This document shows positions 10,566 through 21,783 of a stretch of 32,000 nt of DNA, piece after piece (the stretch's first letter is position 1; each line of letters starts with the position of its first letter). The notes under the pieces were generated by a model. The model did not search any database. It worked only from the letters and a program-made list of their open reading frames with translations, and was not told the DNA's origin. The translations under genes and the position numbers were made by a program. Origin of the DNA: Vibrio vulnificus CMCP6 (GTDB lineage Bacteria > Pseudomonadota > Gammaproteobacteria > Enterobacterales > Vibrionaceae); contig NC_004459.3 in the NCBI RefSeq assembly GCF_000039765.1, positions 1,200,001 to 1,232,000 of the forward strand, read 5' to 3'.

Positions 10566-10862
10566 TTAGTTCATGCCGTATTTTTTCAGTTTCTTACGAA
10601 GAGTACCGCGGTTGATGCCCATCATGGTTGCTGCGCGAGTTTGGTTACCGCGAGTGTACTGCATGATGGTATCTAGTAGTGGCTGTTCAACTTCAGCTAG
10701 AACTAATTCATAAAGTTCAGTGACTTCTTGACCGTTTAGTTGAGCCAAGTAGTTTTTAAGAGACGCTTTAACAGAATCACGTAGTGGCTTTTGCGTGATC
10801 TGATCTTGTGATGTTACGGTAGTTACTGTTAAAGCTTCTGAAGTCAGATTTTGTTCGAACAT
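10566..10862 (-). CDS. fis: DNA-binding protein Fis
   Basis: 98 aa; [13 protein letters not shown]...[39 protein letters not shown]. Confidence 0.98.
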   Translation of the reverse strand: MFEQNLTSEALTVTTVTSQDQITQKPLRDSVKASLKNYLAQLNGQEVTELYELVLAEVEQPLLDTIMQYTRGNQTRAATMMGINRGTLRKKLKKYGMN

Positions 10863-10885
10863 ATTCGGTCTAGCTCTTCTCTTAA

Positions 10886-11854
10886 TTATGATGCAACGTT
10901 ATCAAAATAACCTTCGAGCGCTTCAAGTTGCAGCATAGCTGCGTCGATAGCGTTGAAGGTACGGCGAAACTCACTCGCTTGCTCATGTTCTTTTAGATAC
11001 CAACCCACGTGCTTACGCGCGATGCGAGGGCCTAAATACTCACCATAAAACTCATGGAGAGCCTGAACATGACCGAGCATAATGCTTTTTACTTCCTCAA
11101 TCGGAAGTTCAGGCATTGTGGTGCCGTTTTCCAAATAGTGATGGATTTCCTGGAAAATCCAAGGACGACCCTGGGCAGGGCGTCCAATCATTAAAGCGTC
11201 TGCGCCGGTGTACTCCAGTACATACTTGGCTTTTTCCGGGCTATCGATATCACCGTTTGCGATAACCGGAATGGAAACTGCCTGTTTAACGGCTTTAATG
11301 CTGTCGTATTCGGCCTCACCTTTGTACATACAGGCTTTGGTTCTGCCATGCAGAGCAAGAGCTTGTATGCCGCAGTCTTCGGCTAATTTAGCGATGTGAA
11401 TACAGTTTTTGTTTTCTGTATCCCAGCCAGTGCGGGTTTTCAACGTTACAGGAACGTCCACTGCGTCAACCACCGCTTTCAAAATCTGTTCGATAATGTC
11501 CGGGTATTTGAGCAGCGCGGAACCCGCCAGCTTTTTATTCACTTTTTTTGCTGGGCAACCCATGTTGATATCGATGATTTGCGCACCATTTTCAACACTG
11601 AATTGCGCAGCATCTGCCATCAGCTGTGGATCGCTGCCCGCGATTTGTACAGAGCGAATGCCCGATTCGCCTTCATGCACCATGCGTTGCTTCGACTTCG
11701 ACGTTTTCCATAGCTGCGGATTAGAGGACATCATTTCACTGACGGCCATTCCCGCACCATAACGAAGGCACAACTCTCGAAACGGTCTATCCGTTACTCC
11801 GGCCATCGGCGCTACGATTAGTTTGTTCTTAAGTTGATAATTTCCGATCTTCAA
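10886..11854 (-). CDS. dusB: tRNA-dihydrouridine synthase B
   Basis: 322 aa; [18 protein letters not shown]...[11 protein letters not shown]; directly upstream of fis as in the dusB-fis operon. Confidence 0.96.
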   Translation of the reverse strand: MKIGNYQLKNKLIVAPMAGVTDRPFRELCLRYGAGMAVSEMMSSNPQLWKTSKSKQRMVHEGESGIRSVQIAGSDPQLMADAAQFSVENGAQIIDINMGCPAKKVNKKLAGSALLKYPDIIEQILKAVVDAVDVPVTLKTRTGWDTENKNCIHIAKLAEDCGIQALALHGRTKACMYKGEAEYDSIKAVKQAVSIPVIANGDIDSPEKAKYVLEYTGADALMIGRPAQGRPWIFQEIHHYLENGTTMPELPIEEVKSIMLGHVQALHEFYGEYLGPRIARKHVGWYLKEHEQASEFRRTFNAIDAAMLQLEALEGYFDNVAS

Positions 11855-11993
11855 AACGTCGTCACAGCTTCATACCAGCAAGGGCGCGCATTTTACGCAT
11901 TTTTTTTCTGCGTGAAAAGACTAATATTTGAGCATTGACAAATTGTTTTTGCAATTTGTATGAATTTCAAACAATTACCCCTGAAAGTCTTGT

Positions 11994-12881
11994 CTAGCCT
12001 TGCTTGCGACCAGAGATGCGACACCATTCACTTTGCTCAACGATTGGATCAATGTGAAGCTCATCACGGTAATAGTTGGCCACATCTTCTGCTTGGGTAT
12101 CCAATACGCCCGACATCGCTAATTGGCCATTTGGTTTGACAAGCCCCTTGATGATCGAAGAAAGCTCACGCAGTGGTGCCGCCAAAATGTTTGCGACAAC
12201 AACGTCAGCAAGCAGACCTTCCGGTTGATCTTGAGGCAGATAAACATCCAGTTGATCGGCAACGCCATTACGTTGGGCGTTGTCTTTCGAAGCGAGAAGT
12301 GCTTGAGGATCAATGTCGATCCCGATGACTTTTTCTGCACCCAGTTTGATCGCTGCGATCGCCAAGATGCCAGAGCCACAACCAAAATCGATAACGGTTT
12401 TACCCGAAAGATCAAGGCTCTCTAGCCATTCAAGACACAGTGCTGTGGTTGGGTGAGTACCCGTACCAAACGCAAGGCCAGGATCCAGCATCACGTTCAC
12501 TGCGGTGGGATCGGGAATGTCACGCCAGCTTGGGCAGATCCACAAACGCTGACCAAATTTCATTGGGTGGAAGTTGTCCATCCACTCGCGTTCCCAATCT
12601 TTATCTTCTAGCTGCTCAATTTTGTAAGCAAAGCCTTCAGCCAGCATGTTGCTTGCTTTGATTTGCGACATGATGAGCTGAGTGTCCGCCTCTGCGTCGT
12701 ACAGTGCCAGGACATCCGTATCACCCCAAAGACGCGTTTCACCAGGCAGTGGCTCGAAGACAGGGGTATCGTGCGCATCTAGGAAAGTCACCGATAGCGC
12801 GCCAGTCTCTTCCATAAGCATATCGCCGATAAGCTCAGCGTTTTCGTTGGTCGCATTGAGTTTGATTTGAATCCAAGGCAT
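11994..12881 (-). CDS. prmA: Ribosomal protein L11 methyltransferase
   Basis: 295 aa; [16 protein letters not shown]...[22 protein letters not shown]...[15 protein letters not shown]. Confidence 0.97.
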   Translation of the reverse strand: MPWIQIKLNATNENAELIGDMLMEETGALSVTFLDAHDTPVFEPLPGETRLWGDTDVLALYDAEADTQLIMSQIKASNMLAEGFAYKIEQLEDKDWEREWMDNFHPMKFGQRLWICPSWRDIPDPTAVNVMLDPGLAFGTGTHPTTALCLEWLESLDLSGKTVIDFGCGSGILAIAAIKLGAEKVIGIDIDPQALLASKDNAQRNGVADQLDVYLPQDQPEGLLADVVVANILAAPLRELSSIIKGLVKPNGQLAMSGVLDTQAEDVANYYRDELHIDPIVEQSEWCRISGRKQG

Positions 12882-12960
12882 GAGTGCATACTCTTAATGT
12901 TTAAATTTGGCGCAGAGTTTAGCAGACTTTCCCTGCAAACGAAAAAATCCGCTCAATGAA

Positions 12961-12983
12961 AAATGCCCACCGAAGTGGGCATG
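12961..12983 (-). terminator. Terminator of the aroQ-accB-accC operon
   Basis: ATGCCCAC-CGAA-GTGGGCAT, followed on the minus strand by a T-rich tract. Confidence 0.8.
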
Positions 12984-13001
12984 GTAACCAGTGCGCTGCG
13001 C

Positions 13002-14348
13002 TTAGTGCTGAAGGCCGAGTTTTTTCTCTAGGTAGTGGATGTTGGCACCACCGTGCTGGAAGTTTTCATCGTTCATGATGCTCACTTGCAGCGGAATGTT
13101 GGTCTTGATGCCTTCAATGAACATCTCACCCAGGGCGTTCTTCATACGTGCAATCGCAACGTCACGGTTTTCACCGTAAGTGATCAGCTTACCGATCATT
13201 GAGTCGTAGTGCGGTGGCACGGTGTAGCCGCTGTAGATGTGCGATTCCCAACGAACACCCATACCGCCTGGTGCGTGGAAGCGTTCAATCTTACCTGGAG
13301 ACGGTAGGAAGCGTTCTGGGTCTTCCGCGTTGATACGACATTCAATCGCATGGCCACGGATCTTAATGTCGTTCTGCGTGAATGACAGAGGCTGACCCGC
13401 CGCAACGCGCAGCTGTTCTTTGATCAGGTCAACACCAGTCACCATTTCAGTCACTGGGTGCTCAACCTGAATACGGGTGTTCATTTCAATGAAGTAGAAC
13501 TCACCGTTTTCGTAGAGGAATTCGAATGTACCTGCACCGCGGTAACCGATCTCTAGACATGCACGAGTACAACGTTCGCCGATGTACTTACGCATCTCTT
13601 CAGTAATACCTGGAGCTGGTGCTTCTTCAACAACCTTTTGGTGACGACGCTGCATTGAACAATCACGCTCACCTAGGTGGATAGCGCCGCCTTGGCCATC
13701 TGCAATCACTTGAACTTCAACGTGACGTGGGTTTTCTAGGAATTTCTCCATGTAAACCATGTCGTTGTTGAATGCTGCTTTTGCTTCTGCACGCGTCATG
13801 GCAATTGCTTGAACGAGGTCTGCTTCTTTACGAACCACACGCATACCACGACCACCACCGCCACCAGAGGCTTTGATGATCACTGGGTAACCAATACGTT
13901 TCGCGTGTGCTCGGTTTTTCACTTCGTCGTTATCAAGTGGACCATCAGAACCAGGTACACATGGAACGCCCGCTTTTTTCATTGCAGTGATAGCCGATAC
14001 TTTGTCACCCATCATGCGGATGGTGTCCGCTTTTGGACCCACAAAGATGAACCCGCTACGTTCTACTTGTTCAGCAAAGTCTGCGTTTTCAGACAAGAAA
14101 CCGTAACCTGGGTGGATCGCCACCGCGCCAGTCACTTCTGCTGCTGAAATAATGCGAGGAATGTTCAGATAGCTGTCGATACCACGAGCAGGACCGATAC
14201 ACACAGTTTCATCTGCCAGCAGTACGTGTTTTAGATCGCGATCGGCGGTGGAGTGCACGGCAACGGTTTTGATGCCGAGTTCTTTACACGCGCGAAGGAT
14301 ACGAAGTGCGATTTCACCTCGGTTCGCGATGACTACTTTATCTAGCAT
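13002..14348 (-). CDS. accC: Acetyl-CoA carboxylase biotin carboxylase subunit
   Basis: 448 aa; [34 protein letters not shown]...[13 protein letters not shown]. Confidence 0.98.
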   Translation of the reverse strand: MLDKVVIANRGEIALRILRACKELGIKTVAVHSTADRDLKHVLLADETVCIGPARGIDSYLNIPRIISAAEVTGAVAIHPGYGFLSENADFAEQVERSGFIFVGPKADTIRMMGDKVSAITAMKKAGVPCVPGSDGPLDNDEVKNRAHAKRIGYPVIIKASGGGGGRGMRVVRKEADLVQAIAMTRAEAKAAFNNDMVYMEKFLENPRHVEVQVIADGQGGAIHLGERDCSMQRRHQKVVEEAPAPGITEEMRKYIGERCTRACLEIGYRGAGTFEFLYENGEFYFIEMNTRIQVEHPVTEMVTGVDLIKEQLRVAAGQPLSFTQNDIKIRGHAIECRINAEDPERFLPSPGKIERFHAPGGMGVRWESHIYSGYTVPPHYDSMIGKLITYGENRDVAIARMKNALGEMFIEGIKTNIPLQVSIMNDENFQHGGANIHYLEKKLGLQH

Positions 14349-14360
14349 AGCGAACTCCGC

Positions 14361-14825
14361 TTATTCGATAACTACAAGTGGTTGGTCAAACTCAACAGGC
14401 TGGCCGTCTTCAACAAGGATTGCTGTTACCACGCCAGATTTGTCGGCTTCGATTTGGTTCATCATCTTCATCGCTTCAACGATGCACAGTGTTTGACCTG
14501 CAGTCACAGATTGGCCCACTTCGATGAATGCTTTCGCATCTGGACTTGGAGAGCGGTAGAAAGTACCGACCATTGGAGAAAGAACTTGGTGGCCTGCAGG
14601 TACTGCCGCCGCAGCTGGCGCTGCTTCTGCGGTTGCGACAGGTGCTGCTGCAACTGGCGCAGGTTGCGCGACAGGTGCCGCAGCGTAGTGCATTGGAGCA
14701 GGCGCTGCCATCATTTGACCGTGACGACTGATGCGTACCGACTCTTCGCCTTCAGAGATTTCTAGCTCAGCAATGCCAGATTCTTCAACTAGTTCGATAA
14801 GCTTTTTGATTTTACGAATATCCAT
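14361..14825 (-). CDS. accB: Acetyl-CoA carboxylase biotin carboxyl carrier protein
   Basis: 154 aa; [32 protein letters not shown], Ala/Pro linker, [16 protein letters not shown] biotinylation motif. Confidence 0.98.
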   Translation of the reverse strand: MDIRKIKKLIELVEESGIAELEISEGEESVRISRHGQMMAAPAPMHYAAAPVAQPAPVAAAPVATAEAAPAAAAVPAGHQVLSPMVGTFYRSPSPDAKAFIEVGQSVTAGQTLCIVEAMKMMNQIEADKSGVVTAILVEDGQPVEFDQPLVVIE

Positions 14826-14885
14826 CTTTTCTTTCTCTTTTATCTTGTGAGTAAGACAACCCTAAAGGGTTGCAGAGTGTTGGGT

Positions 14886-15335
14886 TTACTTTGCCTGCAG
14901 ACGAGCAATGGCTGCCGACAGAGCGAATTCATAGCCTTGCGCCCCTAAGCCACAAATCACGCCGAGCGCTTTGTCCGACAGATAAGAGTGATGTCGGAAC
15001 GGCTCACGAGCGTGTACGTTGGAGAGGTGCACTTCAATAAAAGGGATGGCAACACCCAGTAGCGCATCACGTAGCGCAACACTGGTGTGAGTAAAAGCCG
15101 CCGGATTGATGATGATGAAGTCGACGTTGCCGTGTGCGGCATGGATGGCTTCAATCAATTCATACTCACGATTCGATTGCAGGTGTTCGAGCTCGATGCC
15201 TGCAGTTTGCGCCTGTTGTGTCAGCGTATCGACGATTTGCGGCAAAGTTTGGTGACCGTAATGACCCGGCTCACGCAAACCCAGCAGGTTAATATTTGGA
15301 CCGTTCAGGACCAGAATTCGTGATTTTGCAGACAT
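14886..15335 (-). CDS. aroQ: Type II 3-dehydroquinate dehydratase
   Basis: [27 protein letters not shown]...[18 protein letters not shown]. The start is set at the internal ATG (15333-15335). Confidence 0.95.
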
Positions 15336-15577
15336 GTTGACGCTATCTTCCTTTAACGTGAGTGGAACCAGCATATTCCCAAAAATACGAGAAATCGGCA
15401 CGAGATTTTTGTAAAAAACGCGCAAATTTTTCAAAATCGACCAAGATTATAGCCAATTCATTACAATTAGCAGCAATTTACTGGTCTAATCTCCCTGTTT
15501 GCCGTGGATTTTCTGTAACCAGCTTAACAAAAAACAAGATTAACCTTTCTTACAGTATGGGTAATGATAACGGCAAA

Positions 15578-15608
15578 CAAAAAAGCCACTCTTATGTAGA
15601 GTGGCTTT
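15578..15608 (-). terminator. Terminator of acs
   Basis: AAAGCCACTC-TTATGTA-GAGTGGCTTT with a minus-strand T tract. Confidence 0.85.
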
Positions 15609-15631
15609 GAGGGTGTTTTGTTTAAAACGGA

Positions 15632-17584
15632 TTAAACCAGTTCGGCTTTTTCTGCGATCAGCTTATCAACTACGCTTGGGTCGGCCAGTGTTGAGGTGTC
15701 ACCCAAGTTGCTGGTGTCTCCCGTGGCGATCTTGCGCAAAATGCGGCGCATGATTTTACCTGAACGAGTTTTCGGTAGTGCATCTGTCCAATGCAGTACG
15801 TCTGGTGTTGCGATGGGGCCAATCTCTTTACGTACCCAATCTTTCACTTCTTTATGCAGCTCTGCGGTTGGATACTCGCCCGCATTGAGGGTGACGTAGG
15901 CGTAAATTGCTTGGCCTTTGATGTCGTGTGGAATGCCAACAATCGCCGCTTCAGCAATTTTCGGGTGTGCCACTAGGGCGGATTCAATTTCCGCTGTACC
16001 CATACGGTGGCCAGAAACGTTTAATACGTCATCCACACGGCCTGTGATCCAGTAGTAACCATCTTCATCGCGGCGCGCACCATCTCCGGTAAAGTACATG
16101 CCTTTAAAGGTTGAGAAGTAGGTTTGTTCGAAACGTTCATGGTCACCATAAACCGTGCGCATTTGACCTGGCCAAGAATCGAGGATAACGAGGTTACCTT
16201 CTGCGGCTTGGTCTTCGATCACATTACCCATGTTGTCCACCAGTGCAGGCTGAACACCAAAGAATGGGCGCGTTGCAGAACCCGGTTTCAGCGCGGTGGC
16301 GCCTGGCAGTGGTGTGATCAAAATGCCGCCAGTTTCGGTTTGCCACCAAGTATCGACAATCGGTGATTTCTCGTTGCCGATGGTTTTGTAGTACCACTCC
16401 CACGCCTCTGGGTTAATAGGTTCACCCACAGAGCCCATGATGCGTAGGCTGCTACGATCTGTACCTTCGATCGCTTCGTTGCCTTTTGCCATCAGCGCAC
16501 GAATGGCCGTTGGTGCGGTGTAAAGAATGTTGACTTGGTGCTTATCGACCACTTCACTCATGCGGCTGGTGTTTGGATAGTTTGGCACGCCTTCAAAGAG
16601 AATGGTTTTCGCGCCGTTTGCCAGTGGACCGTAAACCAGATACGTGTGGCCAGTGATCCAACCCACGTCGGCCGTACACCAGAAAGTTTCGCCTGGCTGG
16701 TAGTCAAACACGTACTTAAAGGTCATGGTCGCGTAGACCAGATAGCCGCCCGTGGTGTGCAGCACGCCTTTCGGTTTGCCGGTTGAGCCTGACGTGTAGA
16801 GGATGAACAGCGGATCTTCAGCTTTCATCTCTTCTGGTGGGCAAACGTCAGAGACTTTTGCTGTCGCTTCGTGCCACCAAACATCACGATGTTCGTGCCA
16901 ATCAATGTTGCCGCCAGTGCGCTTGAACACCACCACTTTGCTGATGGTTTTCACTTCTGGGTTGGTTAGTGCTTCGTCCACATTCTTTTTCAGTGGCACC
17001 GCGCGACCACCACGAACGCCTTCGTCGGCCGTGATGACGACTTTGGCATCGGAGTCGATGATGCGGCCAGCCAGTGCTTCTGGTGAAAAACCACCAAAGA
17101 CGATGGTGTGCACCGCACCAATACGGGTACAGGCCAACATCGCAACCGCTGCTTCAGGGACCATTGGCATGTAGAGACACACCACGTCGCCCTTGCGTAC
17201 GCCTTGCTCTTTGAGTGCATTCGAAAAACGACACACTTCGGTATAGAGTTCGTTGTAAGTCAGAGTTTTGTCGTCCTCTGGGTTGTCGCCTTCCCAAATG
17301 ATGGCGACATCATCGCCGCGCTCTGCTAGATGGCGGTCAATACAGTTTGCTGAGACATTGAGCGTGCCATCTTCAAACCAGCGAATATCAACGTGGCCAG
17401 TATCAAAAGACGTTTGTTTGACTTTGGTGAAGGGCTTAATCCAGTCAACAATTTTGCCGTGTTCACTCCAGAAACGTTCTGGGTCAGTGACGGACTGCTG
17501 GTACATGGCTAGGTAGGTATCATTATCCGCATGGGTATGGGCTTTGATGTTCTCTTTTACCGGATAAATGTGGGCTTCACTCAT
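15632..17584 (-). CDS. acs: Acetyl-CoA synthetase
   Basis: 650 aa; [24 protein letters not shown]...[19 protein letters not shown]. Confidence 0.98.
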   Translation of the reverse strand: MSEAHIYPVKENIKAHTHADNDTYLAMYQQSVTDPERFWSEHGKIVDWIKPFTKVKQTSFDTGHVDIRWFEDGTLNVSANCIDRHLAERGDDVAIIWEGDNPEDDKTLTYNELYTEVCRFSNALKEQGVRKGDVVCLYMPMVPEAAVAMLACTRIGAVHTIVFGGFSPEALAGRIIDSDAKVVITADEGVRGGRAVPLKKNVDEALTNPEVKTISKVVVFKRTGGNIDWHEHRDVWWHEATAKVSDVCPPEEMKAEDPLFILYTSGSTGKPKGVLHTTGGYLVYATMTFKYVFDYQPGETFWCTADVGWITGHTYLVYGPLANGAKTILFEGVPNYPNTSRMSEVVDKHQVNILYTAPTAIRALMAKGNEAIEGTDRSSLRIMGSVGEPINPEAWEWYYKTIGNEKSPIVDTWWQTETGGILITPLPGATALKPGSATRPFFGVQPALVDNMGNVIEDQAAEGNLVILDSWPGQMRTVYGDHERFEQTYFSTFKGMYFTGDGARRDEDGYYWITGRVDDVLNVSGHRMGTAEIESALVAHPKIAEAAIVGIPHDIKGQAIYAYVTLNAGEYPTAELHKEVKDWVRKEIGPIATPDVLHWTDALPKTRSGKIMRRILRKIATGDTSNLGDTSTLADPSVVDKLIAEKAELV

Positions 17585-17758
17585 TGTCTTTCTCCTTGTG
17601 CCTTTGTCTTCGCGATGCGGTTTTATGATGTTTTAAACACGCCTCAATCACGAAAGGGGGAATCCGTATGCCTCTAACTGTCAATCAGTTGGAGGCTTTC
17701 GACAATTAGACTTTAGGATATAGCGAGTGCTGATGGGGTGTTTTTTCTCCGACCACGA

Positions 17759-18394
17759 TCACGAAGAAGCATAGGGCAATGACAGGCTCGGCAAATCGCC
17801 ACGAGTGAGTCGCACAAACACCAAAGCCGCGGCAATGGCATCTTGCAGCGCATCGTGTTTGTCTTGGATGGGCAAGTCGAGATGGCGACAAATGGCGTCC
17901 AAACTCAAATCGAAATAGGCGTTGGGTAGATGTTTTTCCAGCTTGTCATGGTAGATCTGGCTGACTTCCACCAGTGGATTGGCCAAGGGAAAACCGAGGT
18001 GGCGTAAGCAGGCTAAATCGAGGATCTTCTTATCGTAGCGGATGTGGTAGCCCACCAAGGGGCGATTACCGATGAAATCAATCAGTTTGAGCAGTGCTTC
18101 TTTCTCGCTCAACCCATCGACCAAGTCTTGGTGGCGGATCTTGTGAATTTTCACTGAACCAGAATCGAGAGACTGTGGCGCACGCAAACGCACCTCGAAC
18201 GGTTTACTGGTGATGATGCGATTGTCGATGATCTTGGTCGCGGCAATGGTGACGAGTTCTGCGCGGTTGGGGTCAAGGCTGGTGGTTTCACAGTCGAGAG
18301 AGACATACTCTTTATTGTTTGGCGCACAAAACAGCGACTGATAGGGCGAGCCTTTCAATCGGTAGTACCAGTAGTTGCGCCGAAACCAGTTCAT
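17759..18394 (-). CDS. DnaQ-like 3'-5' exonuclease (DEDDh)
   Basis: 211 aa; Exo I VSLDCETTSLDP, Exo II VGYHIRYDKKILD, Exo III NLPIQDKHDALQDAIAA. Confidence 0.88.
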   Translation of the reverse strand: MNWFRRNYWYYRLKGSPYQSLFCAPNNKEYVSLDCETTSLDPNRAELVTIAATKIIDNRIITSKPFEVRLRAPQSLDSGSVKIHKIRHQDLVDGLSEKEALLKLIDFIGNRPLVGYHIRYDKKILDLACLRHLGFPLANPLVEVSQIYHDKLEKHLPNAYFDLSLDAICRHLDLPIQDKHDALQDAIAAALVFVRLTRGDLPSLSLPYASS

Positions 18395-18460
18395 AGAGAT
18401 TCCTATTTCATTAAGACCTTAGCCGTATAGCCTTTGGTCGTGATGGTCAATTGAGCCAAG

Positions 18461-20308
18461 TTAATCTTTGATTTGATAGTGATAACCCAGCCACTGTTTG
18501 AACTTTTTCACCACGTGCAAACTGTGGCGCAGTAAATCTCGCTCGGTGCGATCCAGCAGTTTTAAGTTGAGTTTGTTATTACTGTGCTGCTCTGTCAGTT
18601 GCTGTGCTAGGCGCAATTTAAAAAACAACTTGAGTGCTTCGCTTAGGTTTGCGGCCGTGCTTTTTTCCAACACGTTGCGTGCCACTAACCCCTCAATGCG
18701 GTCGAAGGTGTTGTTGTCGTGTAAGGCGTATTCCAAGCTCAAAGCGCGAATGCCGTGCACGATAGGAAAGATGCCGCCTTGTTTGATGTCGAGGCCGCTT
18801 TTGTCGGCCTTGACGTTGCCAAAAAGGGTGAGGGGAACTGAAAAGTTCAATGCAGGCCGAGTGAACTCGGTCAAAATCAGTTCTTGATCCGCCATCAACT
18901 CGGAGAGGTGCTGTTTCACGGGCTCAAGCAATGCCTTATTGCCCGCAACGGCATGTGCATCGGCAAAAATCGCTAAATCCATCACCGTTTCTGGTTTGGC
19001 ACTGCGTACCCATGCGGTGAGGGTTTTGCGCCAATCACTCTGACTTTTGACCCACTTAGGGTTATTGACCATCACATTGCCAGGGCAAAGCGGATAGCCA
19101 AGTTGCTGCAAGGTGTGTGTCAGTTGTTGCATCACCACGCCGCTTTGTTGCCATTCCAAACCATCTTTGATGATCAGCGCGTTGTCTTGGTCGGTTTTGA
19201 GGATTTGTTCCCCACGCCCTTCTGAGCCTAAAACGATCAAACAACAGTGATCGTGAAGGGCGGGTGGAACAACCAACTCAAAGGCTTTCTCGATGATCTG
19301 TTCATTGACGGCAGAAATCAGCTCCATGATGAAGCGAGTGCGAATGCCGTTTTTCAGCAAACTTTCCACTAACTGACGCTGGCGATTGGACGCTAAGGCC
19401 AGCTCTTCAACACTGGAGGCGCGCGCGATGCTCAAAGTGAGCACGTGGGAATGGGTGGAGAAGGCGCTGAGAATTTGCGTCATGTCCAACATGCCCACAG
19501 CTTGATGGCCATCGCACACCATGAGGCGCTTCATACGATTGCGCGTCATGGTGATCATCGCATTAAAGAGAAAATCACCATCATCGACGTGGAAGACGGG
19601 GAAGGTGGCAATATCACCCACCGGAGTGTCGAGCGGCTTATCATCGAGCATCACCGAGTGGAGCATATTGGTGCGGGTGACAATCGCATAAGGGTGTGCA
19701 TTGGGATGATTGAGTAGCCGCCCATCGTCATCATGGAGGCGTACCAAGGCGGCATCGATACCGTTCTCTTTAAGTGTGCGCGTGACCTGATTGATCGGCA
19801 TCTCAGGCGACAAAATCTTCGGTGGATGATAGATGGCTTTATCAACTTTGGTGAGAATGAACTCAGCAAGATTTTGTTGCTGCTGTGCCGCCTCTATCAG
19901 CTCTTGGCGCTTGGCGAGGTTGTTATCAAAATAAGCGGCGAATTGGCCATTTTCATTGTATAGCTCGAGAAAAATGGCCTTGGGCAGCAAATAGCTTAAG
20001 GTATCTTCGAGCGCGACATACTGATGACGTACGGTTGGTTCAAATAAGGCGCGCACATCAAACATATCGTCATTGGCATAGTGAGCAAACACTTCTTGCT
20101 GGTTGGCAGAACGCTCTTCAACCGCGCCTTTGATTAAGATATGCAGATGCGGTGACGGTTGCCCAGCGGCGAGCACCACATCTTTAGTGCGAAAATAGGC
20201 CACATCAAGTGAAGAACGTAAAAGGTGTTGTTGCCCCTCGCTCAAGCGATCAAACGGGGGAGATTGCATATTAAATTTATCAGGCATGGCAGCGTCCAAA
20301 ACCAGCAA
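18461..20308 (-). CDS. Cyclic-nucleotide-binding, CBS and DUF294-type nucleotidyltransferase domain protein
   Basis: 615 aa; cNMP-binding-like N-terminus, CBS pair, then LIVLGSEGRGEQILKTDQDNALI (nucleotidyltransferase-like GSxGRxEQ...DQDN) and DIKQGGIFPIVHGIRALSLEY. Confidence 0.88.
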   Translation of the reverse strand: MLVLDAAMPDKFNMQSPPFDRLSEGQQHLLRSSLDVAYFRTKDVVLAAGQPSPHLHILIKGAVEERSANQQEVFAHYANDDMFDVRALFEPTVRHQYVALEDTLSYLLPKAIFLELYNENGQFAAYFDNNLAKRQELIEAAQQQQNLAEFILTKVDKAIYHPPKILSPEMPINQVTRTLKENGIDAALVRLHDDDGRLLNHPNAHPYAIVTRTNMLHSVMLDDKPLDTPVGDIATFPVFHVDDGDFLFNAMITMTRNRMKRLMVCDGHQAVGMLDMTQILSAFSTHSHVLTLSIARASSVEELALASNRQRQLVESLLKNGIRTRFIMELISAVNEQIIEKAFELVVPPALHDHCCLIVLGSEGRGEQILKTDQDNALIIKDGLEWQQSGVVMQQLTHTLQQLGYPLCPGNVMVNNPKWVKSQSDWRKTLTAWVRSAKPETVMDLAIFADAHAVAGNKALLEPVKQHLSELMADQELILTEFTRPALNFSVPLTLFGNVKADKSGLDIKQGGIFPIVHGIRALSLEYALHDNNTFDRIEGLVARNVLEKSTAANLSEALKLFFKLRLAQQLTEQHSNNKLNLKLLDRTERDLLRHSLHVVKKFKQWLGYHYQIKD

Positions 20309-20500
20309 GGCATATGCTCTAAGTCTGACAAAATTCTCCTGACTCTCCAGACGACTTTGGTCTAATTCACTCCAATTAGGCCGATTAGAGGAAACAATCT
20401 GTCGCGGAGAATTCCCTTTTTCTCATCTGCAAGGCAAGTCATAATGGCGCCGATTTTTCTCTCGTCAGTTTTTAGGTCAACAGACCCTAGGATCACCATC

Positions 20501-21691
20501 ATGTTCAAACCGTCTCCTTATGGATGGATATCGCAGTATTTTCTCGGTTTCTTTTTTGCCTATGGCGTCTATCTGCCATTTTGGTCGCTGTGGTTTAAAG
20601 AACAGGGCGTCTCCTCCACTGACATCGGTTTGCTGGTCGGTATCGGCTTAGCGACACGCTGTGTGGCGAACATGGTGATCACGCCACGTATCCATAAGGC
20701 TGAGCACATTATGCCGGCGTTACGTTGGCTCAGTTTTGCGGCGTTGATTTTTGTCGGCTTCCACTTCTTTACCGGTGGCAGCTTTTGGCTGATGGCGTTA
20801 GCGACGGTACTGTTTAACTTGTGCTGTGGCCCCGTCGTGCCGCTATCCGATGCGCTTGCCAACTACTACGCAAGATTGAAGATGCTCGATTATGGTCGCA
20901 CCCGTTTGTGGGGCTCGATCGCCTTTATCGCGGGCTCGACCGTGGTGGGGTATCTGATTGCTCTCTATGGCACCGACATGATTCTATACACCGCCTTGGT
21001 GGGGGTGTTTATTTCCTTACTGCTGAGTATGCGCAGTGCCAATGTGATGCCGGTGACGCGCAGCGAACATCACAGTGAAAGACCGAAACTGACGCAACTG
21101 CTGACCGACGGCCCTGTGGTGAAATTTTTGCTACTAGCGGCTCTGATTCAGGGCAGTCACGCCGCCTATTACAGCTTTAGTGCGATTTACTGGCAGCAAG
21201 CGGGCCATTCGGAAGAGATCATCGGCTATTTGTGGAGCCTTGGTGTGGTATCGGAAGTGGCGGTGTTTGCGTTGAGCAAGCGCTTGTTTGCGGGCTGGTC
21301 GCTGCGTGCGTTGTTTGTCGCGGCATCGATTGGCGTCATGTTGCGCTGGGGGATCACCGCCTCGACCACGTTGTTGTTGGGTTTGGTGTTGGTGCAGTTG
21401 CTGCACGGCGTGACGTTTGCGATGGCGCACATCGCAGCCATTCAATACATTCAAAATTCAGAAGAGCACAAAATGGTGGCGCTACAAGCACTGTACAATG
21501 CGCTGCCACTGGGGGCCTTTATTGCGGCGATGACGGCCTTTAGTGGTTGGGGCTTCGAGCATTGGGGCGCGAACGTATTCTGGGTGATGGCGGCCATGGG
21601 GCTGGTGGCACTGTTCATCAAAGTCGCGCCTGTCACCAGCCAGGTTCAGGACGTTAGCGTGGTGAAAGCGGAGCCCAATGCACAGAATTAA
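20501..21691 (+). CDS. MFS transporter, HcaT (3-phenylpropionate permease)-like
   Basis: YFLGFFFAYGVYLPFWSLWFKEQGVSSTDIGLLVGIGLATR with multiple hydrophobic helices. The likely ATG is at 20501. Confidence 0.8.
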   Translation: MFKPSPYGWISQYFLGFFFAYGVYLPFWSLWFKEQGVSSTDIGLLVGIGLATRCVANMVITPRIHKAEHIMPALRWLSFAALIFVGFHFFTGGSFWLMALATVLFNLCCGPVVPLSDALANYYARLKMLDYGRTRLWGSIAFIAGSTVVGYLIALYGTDMILYTALVGVFISLLLSMRSANVMPVTRSEHHSERPKLTQLLTDGPVVKFLLLAALIQGSHAAYYSFSAIYWQQAGHSEEIIGYLWSLGVVSEVAVFALSKRLFAGWSLRALFVAASIGVMLRWGITASTTLLLGLVLVQLLHGVTFAMAHIAAIQYIQNSEEHKMVALQALYNALPLGAFIAAMTAFSGWGFEHWGANVFWVMAAMGLVALFIKVAPVTSQVQDVSVVKAEPNAQN

Positions 21692-21729
21692 TCCTAAGAG
21701 ATTGAGATTAAAAACTATCCTTAGTTAAA

Positions 21730-21760
21730 TGAAACCTCTCCCGTATGGAGAGGTTTTTTA
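21730..21760 (+). terminator. Rho-independent terminator after the MFS gene
   Basis: AAACCTCTCC-CGTAT-GGAGAGGTTTTTT. Confidence 0.9.
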
Positions 21761-21783
21761 TTGAGCAAGAGAAAGGATGTCAC

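Noticed and set aside
11891-11919. Hairpin TTTTACGCA...TGCGTGAAAA downstream of prmA
   Set aside because: The stem is short with a T-rich loop; it could be a weak terminator, but I could not support it with confidence.
15336-15434. 33-codon in-frame extension of aroQ, considered as a leader peptide or longer protein
   Set aside because: AroQ family proteins start near [14 protein letters not shown]; there is no attenuator-like structure or amino acid run in the extension to suggest a leader.
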